Shown in pieces: positions 40,702 to 49,903 of a DNA stretch of 64,000 nucleotides (positions are counted from its first letter, which is position 1; the number at the start of each line of letters is the position of its first letter). A program made the position numbers and the translations under genes. The notes beneath the pieces are model-generated. The model searched no databases, was not told the origin of the DNA, and saw only the letters and a program-made list of their open reading frames with translations. Source of the DNA: Bdellovibrionales bacterium (GTDB taxonomy: Bacteria; Bdellovibrionota; FAC87; UBA2466); assembly GCA_005776395.1 (NCBI GenBank), contig SXPJ01000103.1, forward strand, positions 64,695-128,694. The letters run 5' to 3'.

Positions 40702-40702
40702 T

Positions 40703-41479
40703 ATGGAAGCTAGCCGAAAACTTGTTAGAACTTTTGGGGGAATGATTCTCTTTTCCTTAGAGTGTCTTGTTTTAACCTTCCAAAACAAGACAAAATGGAA
40801 TCAGGTGGTTGAACAGATTTTTCAGGTGGGGGTTAGATCCCTGGGAATGACTATCACTGCCGGGCTTTTTGTGGGGGCTATTATGGCTATTCAAATCGAT
40901 CTTCAGCTTAAGGATTTTGGAGCTGAGGCTTTTTTAGGGGGGCTTTCCACTTCTGCGACTCTTCGTAATGTAGGGCCTGTTCTTATTGCCTTTCTTCTCT
41001 CAGGAAAAGTAGGGGCCTATACCTCAGCTGAACTCGCGACTATGGGGGTGACAGAGCAGTTAAATGCCATTCGGCTATTAGGTGCAAATCCTATAGAGTA
41101 CATTATTCTTCCTAGAATTTGGGCCGTCGTAATCTCAAGCTTTCTGCTTTTAATAGTGGGCTTGATGATGACTATTTTCGGAGGGGTCATGTTTGCCGAA
41201 ATTATTGGGGTGAATGCTTTAAACTATATTTATAATATTCCATCTATTGTGACAGGTTGGAGTATTGCTCTCAGTGTAGTTAAAAGCTTTCTGTTTGGAG
41301 TCTTAATTGCGGTTGTTTCCTGCTACAAGGGATATTATGCCCGAGGGGGATCGGTAGGGGTGGGGGCCGCAGTCCAGAGCTGTTCTGTAACCAATTTAAT
41401 GCTTATTATTCTTTTTGATTTTTTACTTTCAATGGCATCTAGTACTCTTCAAGATCTTTTTAATGTGGGGTATCTTTGA
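40703..41479 (+). CDS. MlaE-family ABC permease (paralogue 1)
   Basis: MlaE-like TM topology with an LGANPIEYIILPR-type motif. Start is the ATG at 40703, 2 nt after the ATPase stop. Confidence 0.7.
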   Translation: MEASRKLVRTFGGMILFSLECLVLTFQNKTKWNQVVEQIFQVGVRSLGMTITAGLFVGAIMAIQIDLQLKDFGAEAFLGGLSTSATLRNVGPVLIAFLLSGKVGAYTSAELATMGVTEQLNAIRLLGANPIEYIILPRIWAVVISSFLLLIVGLMMTIFGGVMFAEIIGVNALNYIYNIPSIVTGWSIALSVVKSFLFGVLIAVVSCYKGYYARGGSVGVGAAVQSCSVTNLMLIILFDFLLSMASSTLQDLFNVGYL

Positions 41480-42183
41480 AAATAAAAATCCCAAAATTAA
41501 AATTACCTTACCGATTTAGGAGAGCTGAAACTCTTCAACAGATGTATCTTTTAGGGGTTCAAAGTGTTCCCATTATTTTTGTTTCATTGGGATTTGTCGG
41601 ACTCATGATGATTCTTGAACTAGCATTTCACATGCGACTGGTCTTAAAGCATGATGCTTTGGTTCCTGCGTTTTCTGCTGTACTTATGGTGAGAGAGTTG
41701 GGACCAGTCATTACCTGTCTGCTTTTAACGTCGAGAATAGGTGCTGGAATAGCTGCAGAGATTGGAAGTATGAAAGTTACAGAACAATTAGATGCCTTGA
41801 AAATGCTTTCGATCGATTTTATTGATTACTTGGTTATTCCAAGATGGATTGGCGCTGTATTTTCAGCCTGCACTTTGACAGTTCTCTCAATTGCGGTCGC
41901 TCTTTTTGGAGGGGCTTTTTTAGCAACACAAAAATTGGGCACTAGCCCTGGGGAATATCTCAATACAGTTTTCTTTTTTGTGAAATTTTCGGATGTGGTG
42001 CGATGCCTTATTAAAGCGGCGATCTTTGGAACTTTAATTCCTTTCATTGCGGCATATCAAGGATTTACCTGTGGAACAGGCAGTGCTGCGGTGGGTGAGG
42101 CTGCGACACAAGCGGTCGTAAGGACCAGTTTATCCATCATTATTGCCGATTTTATTTTAACCTATTTATTCTACGCGATATAA
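41476..42183 (+). CDS. MlaE-family ABC permease (paralogue 2)
   Basis: MlaE-like (LSIDFIDYLVIPRW); ATGA overlap with the previous gene. Confidence 0.7.
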   Translation: MKIKIPKLKLPYRFRRAETLQQMYLLGVQSVPIIFVSLGFVGLMMILELAFHMRLVLKHDALVPAFSAVLMVRELGPVITCLLLTSRIGAGIAAEIGSMKVTEQLDALKMLSIDFIDYLVIPRWIGAVFSACTLTVLSIAVALFGGAFLATQKLGTSPGEYLNTVFFFVKFSDVVRCLIKAAIFGTLIPFIAAYQGFTCGTGSAAVGEAATQAVVRTSLSIIIADFILTYLFYAI

Positions 42184-42266
42184 TTATTTAAAGGCCTGTT
42201 TCGGCTTAAAAATTCCCTAATAACTTAAGAACAACAAGATAAACATCTAAGAAAGTCGCTATCCTT

Positions 42267-43061
42267 ATGCCAACAAATGCTAAAGGTTTGCACAAAGAAT
42301 TTTGGGTCGGAGCTTTATTTCTCACTGTCGTCCTGTTGCTAGTTATTTTTGGTTGGCTCATGGGGGTTATTGGGCCGCTTCAAAGCCATTCAAGGCTTTT
42401 TATTCTTTATAATTTTGCGGGGGGTATTGAGGTGGGTTCGCCGGTGCGAGTATCCGGTGTAAAGGTGGGAAAGGTTTCTAAAATTGAATTTCTTCCCGAG
42501 TCGACAAACCCCAAGGCCTCTCAACAGGAGAGCACAAGTTTAAAACTTACTGTTGATATTTCAACTAAAGCAGTTTCCTCCGTTAGAGAAGACTCTCGTT
42601 TCTATGTGAATATGGCAGGTATTATCGGTGAGAAATATATCGAGATTAGTCCAGGAACTGTTTTAGCCCCTGTTCTCGCTAATGGAGCTACCATACGAGG
42701 TGTGGATCCACCAAGAGTCGATCAGTTGTTATCTCAGGGGTATGGGGTCTTTGGACGTATTATGGATTTTATGGATGAAAACGAAAAGACACTCACCGAA
42801 TTTTTACAGGGCATGCAAGAGCTGATTACGGATGCGAATAAGCTCTTAAAGGGGAAAGAGCGGCATAAACTAATTATGTTAATAGATAATCTAAATGCAG
42901 TCACAAGTGATGTTCACGAGTTATCTACAAAAATGAAGAATCCAGAGACAGGAAAGTTTTATGATCAGATTTTTGATCTCGTAGATAGAGCCCATTCTAT
43001 TGATAAACCCGTTATTAAACAGTTCTTACAGGAAGAGGGCATTCGGGCCCGTATTTTTTAA
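42267..43061 (+). CDS. MlaD-like MCE-domain periplasmic protein with an extended C-terminal helical region
   Basis: N-terminal TM anchor followed by the MCE core (GIEVGSPVRVSGVKVGKVSKIEF). Confidence 0.75.
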   Translation: MPTNAKGLHKEFWVGALFLTVVLLLVIFGWLMGVIGPLQSHSRLFILYNFAGGIEVGSPVRVSGVKVGKVSKIEFLPESTNPKASQQESTSLKLTVDISTKAVSSVREDSRFYVNMAGIIGEKYIEISPGTVLAPVLANGATIRGVDPPRVDQLLSQGYGVFGRIMDFMDENEKTLTEFLQGMQELITDANKLLKGKERHKLIMLIDNLNAVTSDVHELSTKMKNPETGKFYDQIFDLVDRAHSIDKPVIKQFLQEEGIRARIF

Positions 43062-43091
43062 GATTTAAGTTGAGAGGATTCTAGGGACTTT

Positions 43092-43625
43092 ATGTTTTTG
43101 CGATTCTTTAAAACTGCGATTTTTTTATCTCTATTTTTCATTTCAGCTCTTTTTGCCACTGCGGGGGGATTAGAGGAGCTTAAGTTAAAAAAACGCATTG
43201 GGCTTGGAGTTGTGGCTGGCGGTCCCTTTTCAGTATTAGGCTTGGAGATTGATATCAATGTGACTGAAGAGATTTCAGTAAGTGGAGGACTGGGAACAGG
43301 ACTCGATTACTCCACATTTACGATTAAAGGAAAATACTTTCTTCTAGGAGAGAAATTTAGCCCTTATATAGGTGCCGGACTAGCTAGATGGTGGACAGAT
43401 GGAACTTCGGAAACCAATATTGGTCCTAGTATTTTGAAAAATAAATTTCTCTCAGATTCTAATTATATTAATGGGTTTAATATTTGGCTCCTTTATCCAG
43501 CTTTGGGCGTGCAATATATTCATCCCTCTGGGGTTTCATTCTATGCGGAGATTCAAGCTCTATTTAAATTGCCGACGTTCGCCAATGGAACCTATGCGGG
43601 CTTAGGTGCTTTAGTTTATCTTTAG
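43092..43625 (+). CDS. small outer-membrane beta-barrel protein (OmpW/OmpA-like 8-strand barrel size)
   Basis: Signal peptide and Gly/aromatic-rich amphipathic strands; lies directly downstream of the MCE gene. Confidence 0.4.
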   Translation: MFLRFFKTAIFLSLFFISALFATAGGLEELKLKKRIGLGVVAGGPFSVLGLEIDINVTEEISVSGGLGTGLDYSTFTIKGKYFLLGEKFSPYIGAGLARWWTDGTSETNIGPSILKNKFLSDSNYINGFNIWLLYPALGVQYIHPSGVSFYAEIQALFKLPTFANGTYAGLGALVYL

Positions 43626-43634
43626 ATAGTAAAT

Positions 43635-45593
43635 GTGAAAAACCTTATTCAAAAATTTAAGCCTGGAGCACGATCGTTAAAAACGCAGCTTGCGATCTAC
43701 TTTATTCCAGTAGCACTTTTACCTGCCATCGTTGTAAGTTTTTATGCCACCAATGCACTTGAACAGAGTAATCAGGAGACACTCATCCGAAGGGCCTATT
43801 CGGAGAGGGATGCCATTGTTTCTGAAATTAATTCTAAGGAAAAAGAGTTTTTAGAACAGGCTAGAGTTCACGCTAAAACTGGAAAGCTCTTTTCAGCTGT
43901 TATTCAAAATGATCTGCTTCAAATAAATCAGGTATTAAATAATTTTCGACCTGGAGTTCGAGCTCGACTTTTTAATCAGGAGGGCAAATTCTGGACCAAA
44001 CGGAATCGGGATATTGTGGATCCTCAGATTCCTTATATCTCTAAAGAGGGGTTGAGAAGAGTTCGAGCTTTTTCGGAAACGGTAGATAGATATGTTTCCT
44101 ATGAGGATAAAGGGCTTATTACTGTGGTTAGAATTCTCTTGAAGGACAAGGATCGAGTTTATGGAATTCTTGAAGAGGAAATTATTTTTGGAACTACCGA
44201 GTTTAGTGATTTTAAAAACAAAAGAGAGTGTGATGTTTTATTTTTAACTCGTAATTTTGTTACAATGGCGGGAAGCTTTGCTCTGTCAAAAGAGGATCTT
44301 GGTGGGGTGACTAAGAAAATATTTCGAATTCCTGAAGAGGGGGGATGGTCTGGTTCTAAGGAGCCTACCTATTTACGTTTTGGAGATGGCCGTTATGCAG
44401 TTTTTCTCTATGACATGCCGGGAGTGTTTGGCCGAGTTAAACACTGGGGTTACGTGGGGGTTTTCTTGTCAATGAACTCGGTGGACTCAATTACCTCAAG
44501 ACTTAAGACAAATTTAATCTATGTCACACTCTTTATTGTTTTAGCCTTTGCAATCTGGATTTTTATTTTTTCAAATAGGATAGTACAGCCGGTAGAAAAG
44601 CTGGTCTTAGCCATGAAACGTATTAAGAGCGGTAGAGTTGAAGAGATTCCAACTCTAGAATCACCCTATGAGATTCAGTACCTTATTCATGCTTTTAATG
44701 ACATGGGCAGAAATGTAGTTTCTGTTAAAAAGGCGCTAGAGCAAAAGGTAGAGGAGCTTCGTAGTGCAAACCAAGAGATTACAAATGCACAAACACAGTT
44801 AGTGCACTCAGCAAAGATGGTCTCTTTAGGGCAGATTGTAGCCGGTGTGGCCCATGAACTTAATAATCCGATAGGTTCTATTCATAGCAATATGCAATCA
44901 TTGGACTCCTATATCCTAAAGATTCGAACGCTCGTTGAGGAGTATCATGGTTTAAGAGATAAACTCAGTGATGAAGAGAAAAAGGAGTGGATAAGTCTCG
45001 AGAAAGAGCTCGATATTGAGTTTATTTTAAATGACATTGGAGATTTAACTAAAAGCTGTATTGAAGGGGCAAGAAGAACCCGAGATATTGTTTCAGGGCT
45101 TAGAACCTTCTCTAGAATGGATACGGGCAGTTTTAGAATGGAAAATATTCATGAAGGATTATTAAGTACATTGAAACTTCTTGAGCCTGAGTTTAAAAAC
45201 CGAATTCATGTTCATAAAGAGCTGGAGCAGATTCCTGAGGTCGAGTGCAATTTGCAACAGCTTAATCAAGTGTTTATGAATTTGCTTTCAAATGCAGCTC
45301 ATGCCATTAACGCAAAAGGCGATGTTTGGATTCGTACTCGAAAAGAGAATGAGAGAGTCCTTATTGAAATCGAAGATTCTGGAGCTGGAATTCCTAAGGA
45401 GAATTTAAGTAAGATTTTTGATCCCTTTTTCACAACGAAAAAAGTAGGAGAGGGGACAGGTTTAGGCCTTAGTATTGCTTACGGCCTTGTACAAAAACAT
45501 CAGGGGCAGATCTCGGTTTTTAGTACTTTAGGTCGTGGGAGCAAGTTTGTTCTCACATTACCTATCCACCAGTCAGTAGCTAAAGCGAGTTAG
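43635..45593 (+). CDS. sensor histidine kinase (periplasmic sensor domain, TM/HAMP-like region, HisKA, HATPase)
   Basis: H-box AGVAHELNNPIGSI; N, G1 and G2 boxes (DSGAGI, GTGLGL). No response regulator gene is adjacent. Confidence 0.75.
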   Translation: MKNLIQKFKPGARSLKTQLAIYFIPVALLPAIVVSFYATNALEQSNQETLIRRAYSERDAIVSEINSKEKEFLEQARVHAKTGKLFSAVIQNDLLQINQVLNNFRPGVRARLFNQEGKFWTKRNRDIVDPQIPYISKEGLRRVRAFSETVDRYVSYEDKGLITVVRILLKDKDRVYGILEEEIIFGTTEFSDFKNKRECDVLFLTRNFVTMAGSFALSKEDLGGVTKKIFRIPEEGGWSGSKEPTYLRFGDGRYAVFLYDMPGVFGRVKHWGYVGVFLSMNSVDSITSRLKTNLIYVTLFIVLAFAIWIFIFSNRIVQPVEKLVLAMKRIKSGRVEEIPTLESPYEIQYLIHAFNDMGRNVVSVKKALEQKVEELRSANQEITNAQTQLVHSAKMVSLGQIVAGVAHELNNPIGSIHSNMQSLDSYILKIRTLVEEYHGLRDKLSDEEKKEWISLEKELDIEFILNDIGDLTKSCIEGARRTRDIVSGLRTFSRMDTGSFRMENIHEGLLSTLKLLEPEFKNRIHVHKELEQIPEVECNLQQLNQVFMNLLSNAAHAINAKGDVWIRTRKENERVLIEIEDSGAGIPKENLSKIFDPFFTTKKVGEGTGLGLSIAYGLVQKHQGQISVFSTLGRGSKFVLTLPIHQSVAKAS

Positions 45594-45606
45594 TCTATTC
45601 AAATAT

Positions 45607-46872
45607 TTACAGCTGCATCCAAAGGTTAGCTGTCTTCCAATCTACTTCTGGAAAAAAGAGATCTCTTAATCCATGAATTAATTTTAACGTTTTAAACCCA
45701 TCCCAACTTTCATGAATGTGTTTTAAAATCGCTTCTGGAGAGCTTCGTTGAGCCTTGGCTGTTTCAAGGATCTTAAAAAAACTAAGAGAGTCAAGTAGCT
45801 CTTCAAATTGATTAAGATCGGAAATCTCAAGACTACCTAAAATCTCTTTTGTGAGTTTTTTTGTGTTGGGATTTTTTTGAGGCTCCTGGCTCCAGGTTTT
45901 TAATGCCTCGTTAATGTTTTTTATCACTTCAAAACTTTTCGGATGATAAAAGGTTACGGGCCTCTCACTTTCCATTTTTTGCCAGACCTTTTCAGTTCCT
46001 ACACCTGTCCCAAAGGGAACTCGGTCACTTTTTCTACCAATAAGTCTTACGAGTCCCTCAGTTGCTTGATGAATTTGTCCGATTTTTACAGCTTTATTTA
46101 AGAAGTAAAAATCCTCAGCTGCATTTCGTTTCGGAAAACCTCTTACTTTAGCGTAGCATTCTGGTCTTACTGCAATCGTACTTCCTAAAGATTCATGTGC
46201 ATAAGGAGAATTGGCATACTTAAGGCCTGCGACATAATAACGTAGCGAATATTCATAGAGTCTTAGGGCCTCCATCTGTTCGTAATTACCTACATGGGTG
46301 TAAGGATGGAGAAGAACATCGGCATCTGTTGTTTGCTCAATCTTAAAATAGTCGTTGTCCACAACCGCATCTCCATCGGTAGTGTGGATATACTTACAAC
46401 TTAAAACAGGTGTCGTGGTGAGGGCTAGAGCCAGATCACAACCTAGTTTTCTTGCTTTTCCTACCCCCTCTTTAGATGAGAAGAGATTCGGCTCATCATT
46501 ATGATTAAGAAGAATGAGATCAACTTGAGATGAAAGCTCATAAAGGGTCATCAGCGGAAAATCGTGGAAGAGGGTGCTTTTAAAAGACTTAAAGAAATTA
46601 AGAGTGGTTTCATTTTCCTCTTTTACCCAGTCTCTAGAAAGTTCGTGGCGATTAATGACTGTGATAAGAAGAGTTTTGTTTTTTATTACTTCTGAAGCCT
46701 TAAGCAAAGAAATAAGGCCTTGATCCAACCAGAGAGAAACCTCTCCATAGATCGGAATAACTACACAGTGGCCATATCTTTTTTCTTTGTTAGGGAAAAA
46801 GGTGGGCCTAAAAAGACCCTTAGGGACTTCAGGTTCTGCGTATTGGTCTAAATATTTTATTAGGGCTCTCAA
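45607..46872 (-). CDS. hypothetical protein (possible nucleotide-sugar transferase-like fold)
   Basis: HCVVIPIYGE and TDGDAVVD are weakly GT-A-like; otherwise unrecognised. Confidence 0.3.
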   Translation of the reverse strand: MRALIKYLDQYAEPEVPKGLFRPTFFPNKEKRYGHCVVIPIYGEVSLWLDQGLISLLKASEVIKNKTLLITVINRHELSRDWVKEENETTLNFFKSFKSTLFHDFPLMTLYELSSQVDLILLNHNDEPNLFSSKEGVGKARKLGCDLALALTTTPVLSCKYIHTTDGDAVVDNDYFKIEQTTDADVLLHPYTHVGNYEQMEALRLYEYSLRYYVAGLKYANSPYAHESLGSTIAVRPECYAKVRGFPKRNAAEDFYFLNKAVKIGQIHQATEGLVRLIGRKSDRVPFGTGVGTEKVWQKMESERPVTFYHPKSFEVIKNINEALKTWSQEPQKNPNTKKLTKEILGSLEISDLNQFEELLDSLSFFKILETAKAQRSSPEAILKHIHESWDGFKTLKLIHGLRDLFFPEVDWKTANLWMQL

Positions 46873-46883
46873 CTTGAATCCCT

Positions 46884-47474
46884 TTAGTGAAGTGCTGAAC
46901 GATAAGGAACAGAGATAATAGCTTGGGCTTCAATCTCTAACCATTCATTAAGTCTTTTTTCGATGAGTTCTTTCGAAAAATAGAGGGAGGATAATTTCAC
47001 AAAAAGCCCTTTATGGGCCTCCTCAGCACGAGCCAATCTTCGATAAAAGTTTTTAAGATCCCCTTCGGGAAGTTTATCAGCTACAAGGTGCAGTCTTTCA
47101 CAGCCGCGAGCTTCAATGACTGAAGAGACCAAAAGTCTATCTAAAAATCTTTCATCCCGTCCAAATCGAACCTGTTTCATTATCTGTCCCACATAGATAT
47201 CCTCTTTATCAGGGGGAAGAATCAGGTTTTTTTGAGAGATCAATCGATAGACCTGGTGAAAGTGTTCTAGCTCTTCTCTGGCAAAGGAGATCATGGGCTC
47301 GATGATTTCCGGTCGGTCAGGATATCTTACTACAAAAGACATCCCTACTGCTGATGCCTTTCTTTCACACGAGGCATGATCTAGCAAAAAAGCATCAAAG
47401 TCTTTAAGGGCAGTTTCAGCCCACTGCGGTGGGGTCTGGATTTTAAGTTGAAACTCTGAGTTTAGGGCCAACAT
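46884..47474 (-). CDS. ferritin-like diiron protein, MiaE-like (tRNA ms2io6A hydroxylase family)
   Basis: Two ExxH motifs (EELEH, EEAH) in a four-helix-bundle-sized protein; HASCERKAS resembles the MiaE N-region. Confidence 0.45.
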   Translation of the reverse strand: MLALNSEFQLKIQTPPQWAETALKDFDAFLLDHASCERKASAVGMSFVVRYPDRPEIIEPMISFAREELEHFHQVYRLISQKNLILPPDKEDIYVGQIMKQVRFGRDERFLDRLLVSSVIEARGCERLHLVADKLPEGDLKNFYRRLARAEEAHKGLFVKLSSLYFSKELIEKRLNEWLEIEAQAIISVPYRSALH

Positions 47475-47562
47475 GAAGTGGTGCTATTCAGTTCACTTGT
47501 TAAAGTCAATCTTAGCGTTTTATTCTTGAGCAAAGCTCAGAGTTTGTTTTACCATAAAGGGC

Positions 47563-48072
47563 ATGAAACTTAGATCTCTCAAGTCTCAAGGGTTTACTCT
47601 CATTGAACTCATTATGGTTGTAGGTCTTCTTGTTATTTTAGCGGCTATCGCTATTCCTAATTTTATCGATTTTAGAAAAGAGGCTAAGAATTCGAGTACT
47701 CAGGCCGCATTAGGAGTTTTACGTTCGGCTGTGGTTATTGCGGCCGCTTCGATTCAATTGAAAGAGGATCCTAGTAACCCCACCCCTAAATTTCCCACCT
47801 TTGAAGAGATGCAGAAAAACTCCTTTTTAGATGCTCATCCTGTTTTAAAGGGAAACAAAATTATTGAAGGAGCTAACGGTGTTCCAAAGAACCCTTGGAC
47901 CCAAGCGACTTTACCTACTATCCATTTTAATAAGATTTTAAATTGTCCAGCCCCCAAAGGTTCGACTCATCCGATCGAGACTCATCAGGGGTGGTGTTAC
48001 TTAGAATCCACCGGAGAAATTTGGGCAAACTCTTACCTCAATGGCGATACCCCTGCTGAAAATAATTTCTAA
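47563..48072 (+). CDS. type IV pilin (prepilin with an N-methylation motif)
   Basis: KSQGFTLIELIMVVGLLVILAAIAIP matches a class III signal with a G^FTLIE cleavage site and Glu+5. Confidence 0.8.
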   Translation: MKLRSLKSQGFTLIELIMVVGLLVILAAIAIPNFIDFRKEAKNSSTQAALGVLRSAVVIAAASIQLKEDPSNPTPKFPTFEEMQKNSFLDAHPVLKGNKIIEGANGVPKNPWTQATLPTIHFNKILNCPAPKGSTHPIETHQGWCYLESTGEIWANSYLNGDTPAENNF

Positions 48073-48227
48073 ATAGTTTTTGCCGGATGAAACCCGACAG
48101 AAACTAAATAGAGTTCAGTTTCCTGTGTTTTCTGCTCCCTTTTTAGACTCTGTTTTTTCTTTTTTCCCACAACCTCTTCTGGCCCCGAGTTGCAAACACT
48201 CTTACTTTTTAAACCTAAAAAGGAGAG

Positions 48228-48449
48228 ATGATGAAACCTTGCTATAAACTTAAAGTGGAAGAGATTGTTCGTTTGATTGAGGCTCAAGATCTTAAGAAGT
48301 ACTGGGTCGCCGAGGTGGCAGGAGTTCATAAGACTACCTTAAGAAGATGGCTCAAAGGCTCAATTCAAAAGGTAAAGGAGCCCCATCTTCACAGCCTCGC
48401 CAGAGTTCTAACGACCGAAGCCACCCAAATTGGCGAATTTGTCTCTTAA
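48228..48449 (+). CDS. small helix-turn-helix DNA-binding protein (XRE/Cro-like)
   Basis: KKYWVAEVAGVHKTTLRRWLKG HTH-like segment; AAAAGGAGAG RBS 5 nt upstream. Confidence 0.45.
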   Translation: MMKPCYKLKVEEIVRLIEAQDLKKYWVAEVAGVHKTTLRRWLKGSIQKVKEPHLHSLARVLTTEATQIGEFVS

Positions 48450-48592
48450 AGTGAGTAGGCTGCATCCTTAATGGGTGCAGCCAACATGCTGAATTAATTA
48501 ATAAATAAAGGAATACGAAAGCGAAACTCCAGCATTGACACCCTGTGATGATTTTGGGTATATAGGGGGTTCTTATTTTTCAAAGGAGTCCT

Positions 48593-49195
48593 ATGAAGTT
48601 TTCCAATCTGTTCAGTGCTCTTGTGGTGGTGGTTTTGGGTGTAAGCTCTCTAAAGGCCGATATAACCAGCCCCCCTGTCCTGTCGGGGGATTTTATAAAG
48701 GAAAACAAAGTTTTAAAAGGGAGCTGGTCGGGAGGAAAAAACTTTACTCCTAGAGCCTGTTCTCGAGGCTTTTATATAGGCCGCGCTAAAGTTAAGGGGC
48801 TATTTGAAAATGTGAAGATGGAGCTTTTAGATGAAAACGTCATGGATGTTTATGCTTCAATCGTGGATGTTTACGCTAGAGTGGAAGGGGAATACCTGGG
48901 AGATTACTCTGCCTGTCAGAATGTCTCAGGATGGTTAGGTGTTTTAGCGGATAGAATTGAGGTTCAAGCAAAAGTTACCATTCCGGACAGCTCCGATAAG
49001 GTTAAAATTAAGGTCTCTTTAGTTAAATTGGGCCACCTGCACTTTGGAAATTATGTGCCTAAATGGTTTGAAAACTTAGCGACCGACTCTTTGAATCAAG
49101 CTTTGGTGCAGATATGGAAAACCTGCTTAGGTGAATGGCTTAATCAGCGTTTTTCAGATTACTTCAATGGCTTGCATGGTAAAAGAGGGATATAA
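48593..49195 (+). CDS. hypothetical secreted protein
   Basis: Signal peptide; no known motif. Confidence 0.4.
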   Translation: MKFSNLFSALVVVVLGVSSLKADITSPPVLSGDFIKENKVLKGSWSGGKNFTPRACSRGFYIGRAKVKGLFENVKMELLDENVMDVYASIVDVYARVEGEYLGDYSACQNVSGWLGVLADRIEVQAKVTIPDSSDKVKIKVSLVKLGHLHFGNYVPKWFENLATDSLNQALVQIWKTCLGEWLNQRFSDYFNGLHGKRGI

Positions 49196-49204
49196 TTTTC
49201 CCTT

Positions 49205-49723
49205 ATGGAAGATTATAACCTTCTTCGGTTTATCCATTTCGCCTCTCGAACTACAAAAATTAAATTAGGGATAGTGTTCCTTACTGGCACCTTCATTGTG
49301 ACGGGAACCCTATTTACGTTGTCTACCCTTTGGAAAATTTATAAAGGATCTGTTCCTGTTCACGAAGAGACTCTAAGAGAGCCTGCAGCTATTTTTCATG
49401 AAGAGGCATTGAAGACCTATGAAATCAAAGGGATTAGTGTGGGGTTCATGGACAGAAAAGATAGTCGTATGGCTTACTCTCAATTTACTTTGGTTTTTAA
49501 TTGTGCTGATGAACCCTGCAAGAAAAATTTATTGCTCAATCACGCTAAAGTTCTAGACACCATTTTTGAGGTGAGCAGTAATTTTTACGTCGAAGATTTT
49601 GTTCATCCTGAGGCAAATAAGGGGTTCTCAAAATTAAAATCCAAACTTACTGAGGATCTTCAAAAGAAATTTGCCGATCTCGCCCCTAAAGGGGTTGTGA
49701 TCCAAGATTGGTTTATGAATTGA
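49205..49723 (+). CDS. membrane-anchored hypothetical protein (weakly FliL-like)
   Basis: Single N-terminal TM helix; the C-terminal ...GVVIQDWFMN is reminiscent of FliL-family C-termini. Confidence 0.3.
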   Translation: MEDYNLLRFIHFASRTTKIKLGIVFLTGTFIVTGTLFTLSTLWKIYKGSVPVHEETLREPAAIFHEEALKTYEIKGISVGFMDRKDSRMAYSQFTLVFNCADEPCKKNLLLNHAKVLDTIFEVSSNFYVEDFVHPEANKGFSKLKSKLTEDLQKKFADLAPKGVVIQDWFMN

Positions 49724-49903
49724 GCCAAAATTGTCACTTGTGATAGTTCATTGAACACCTTTTAAACTCCATTTCAGCGGTAGTTACGCACCCCATAGCC
49801 ATTTGGCATCCTATTGCATATGACTAACTCTAGGGCTCTATCCCTTTTATAAGGGTGAGCTTAGCTAAGAGTGGAACGTAGGTTACAGTGGAGAACCTTT
49901 ATT

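Noticed and set aside
40589-40702. Track start of the first MlaE-like permease at 40589 (113-nt overlap with the ATPase)
   Set aside because: The in-frame ATG at 40703, 2 nt after the ATPase stop, gives an N-terminus (MEASRKLVRTFGG) typical of MlaE. The upstream extension is an ORF-caller artefact.
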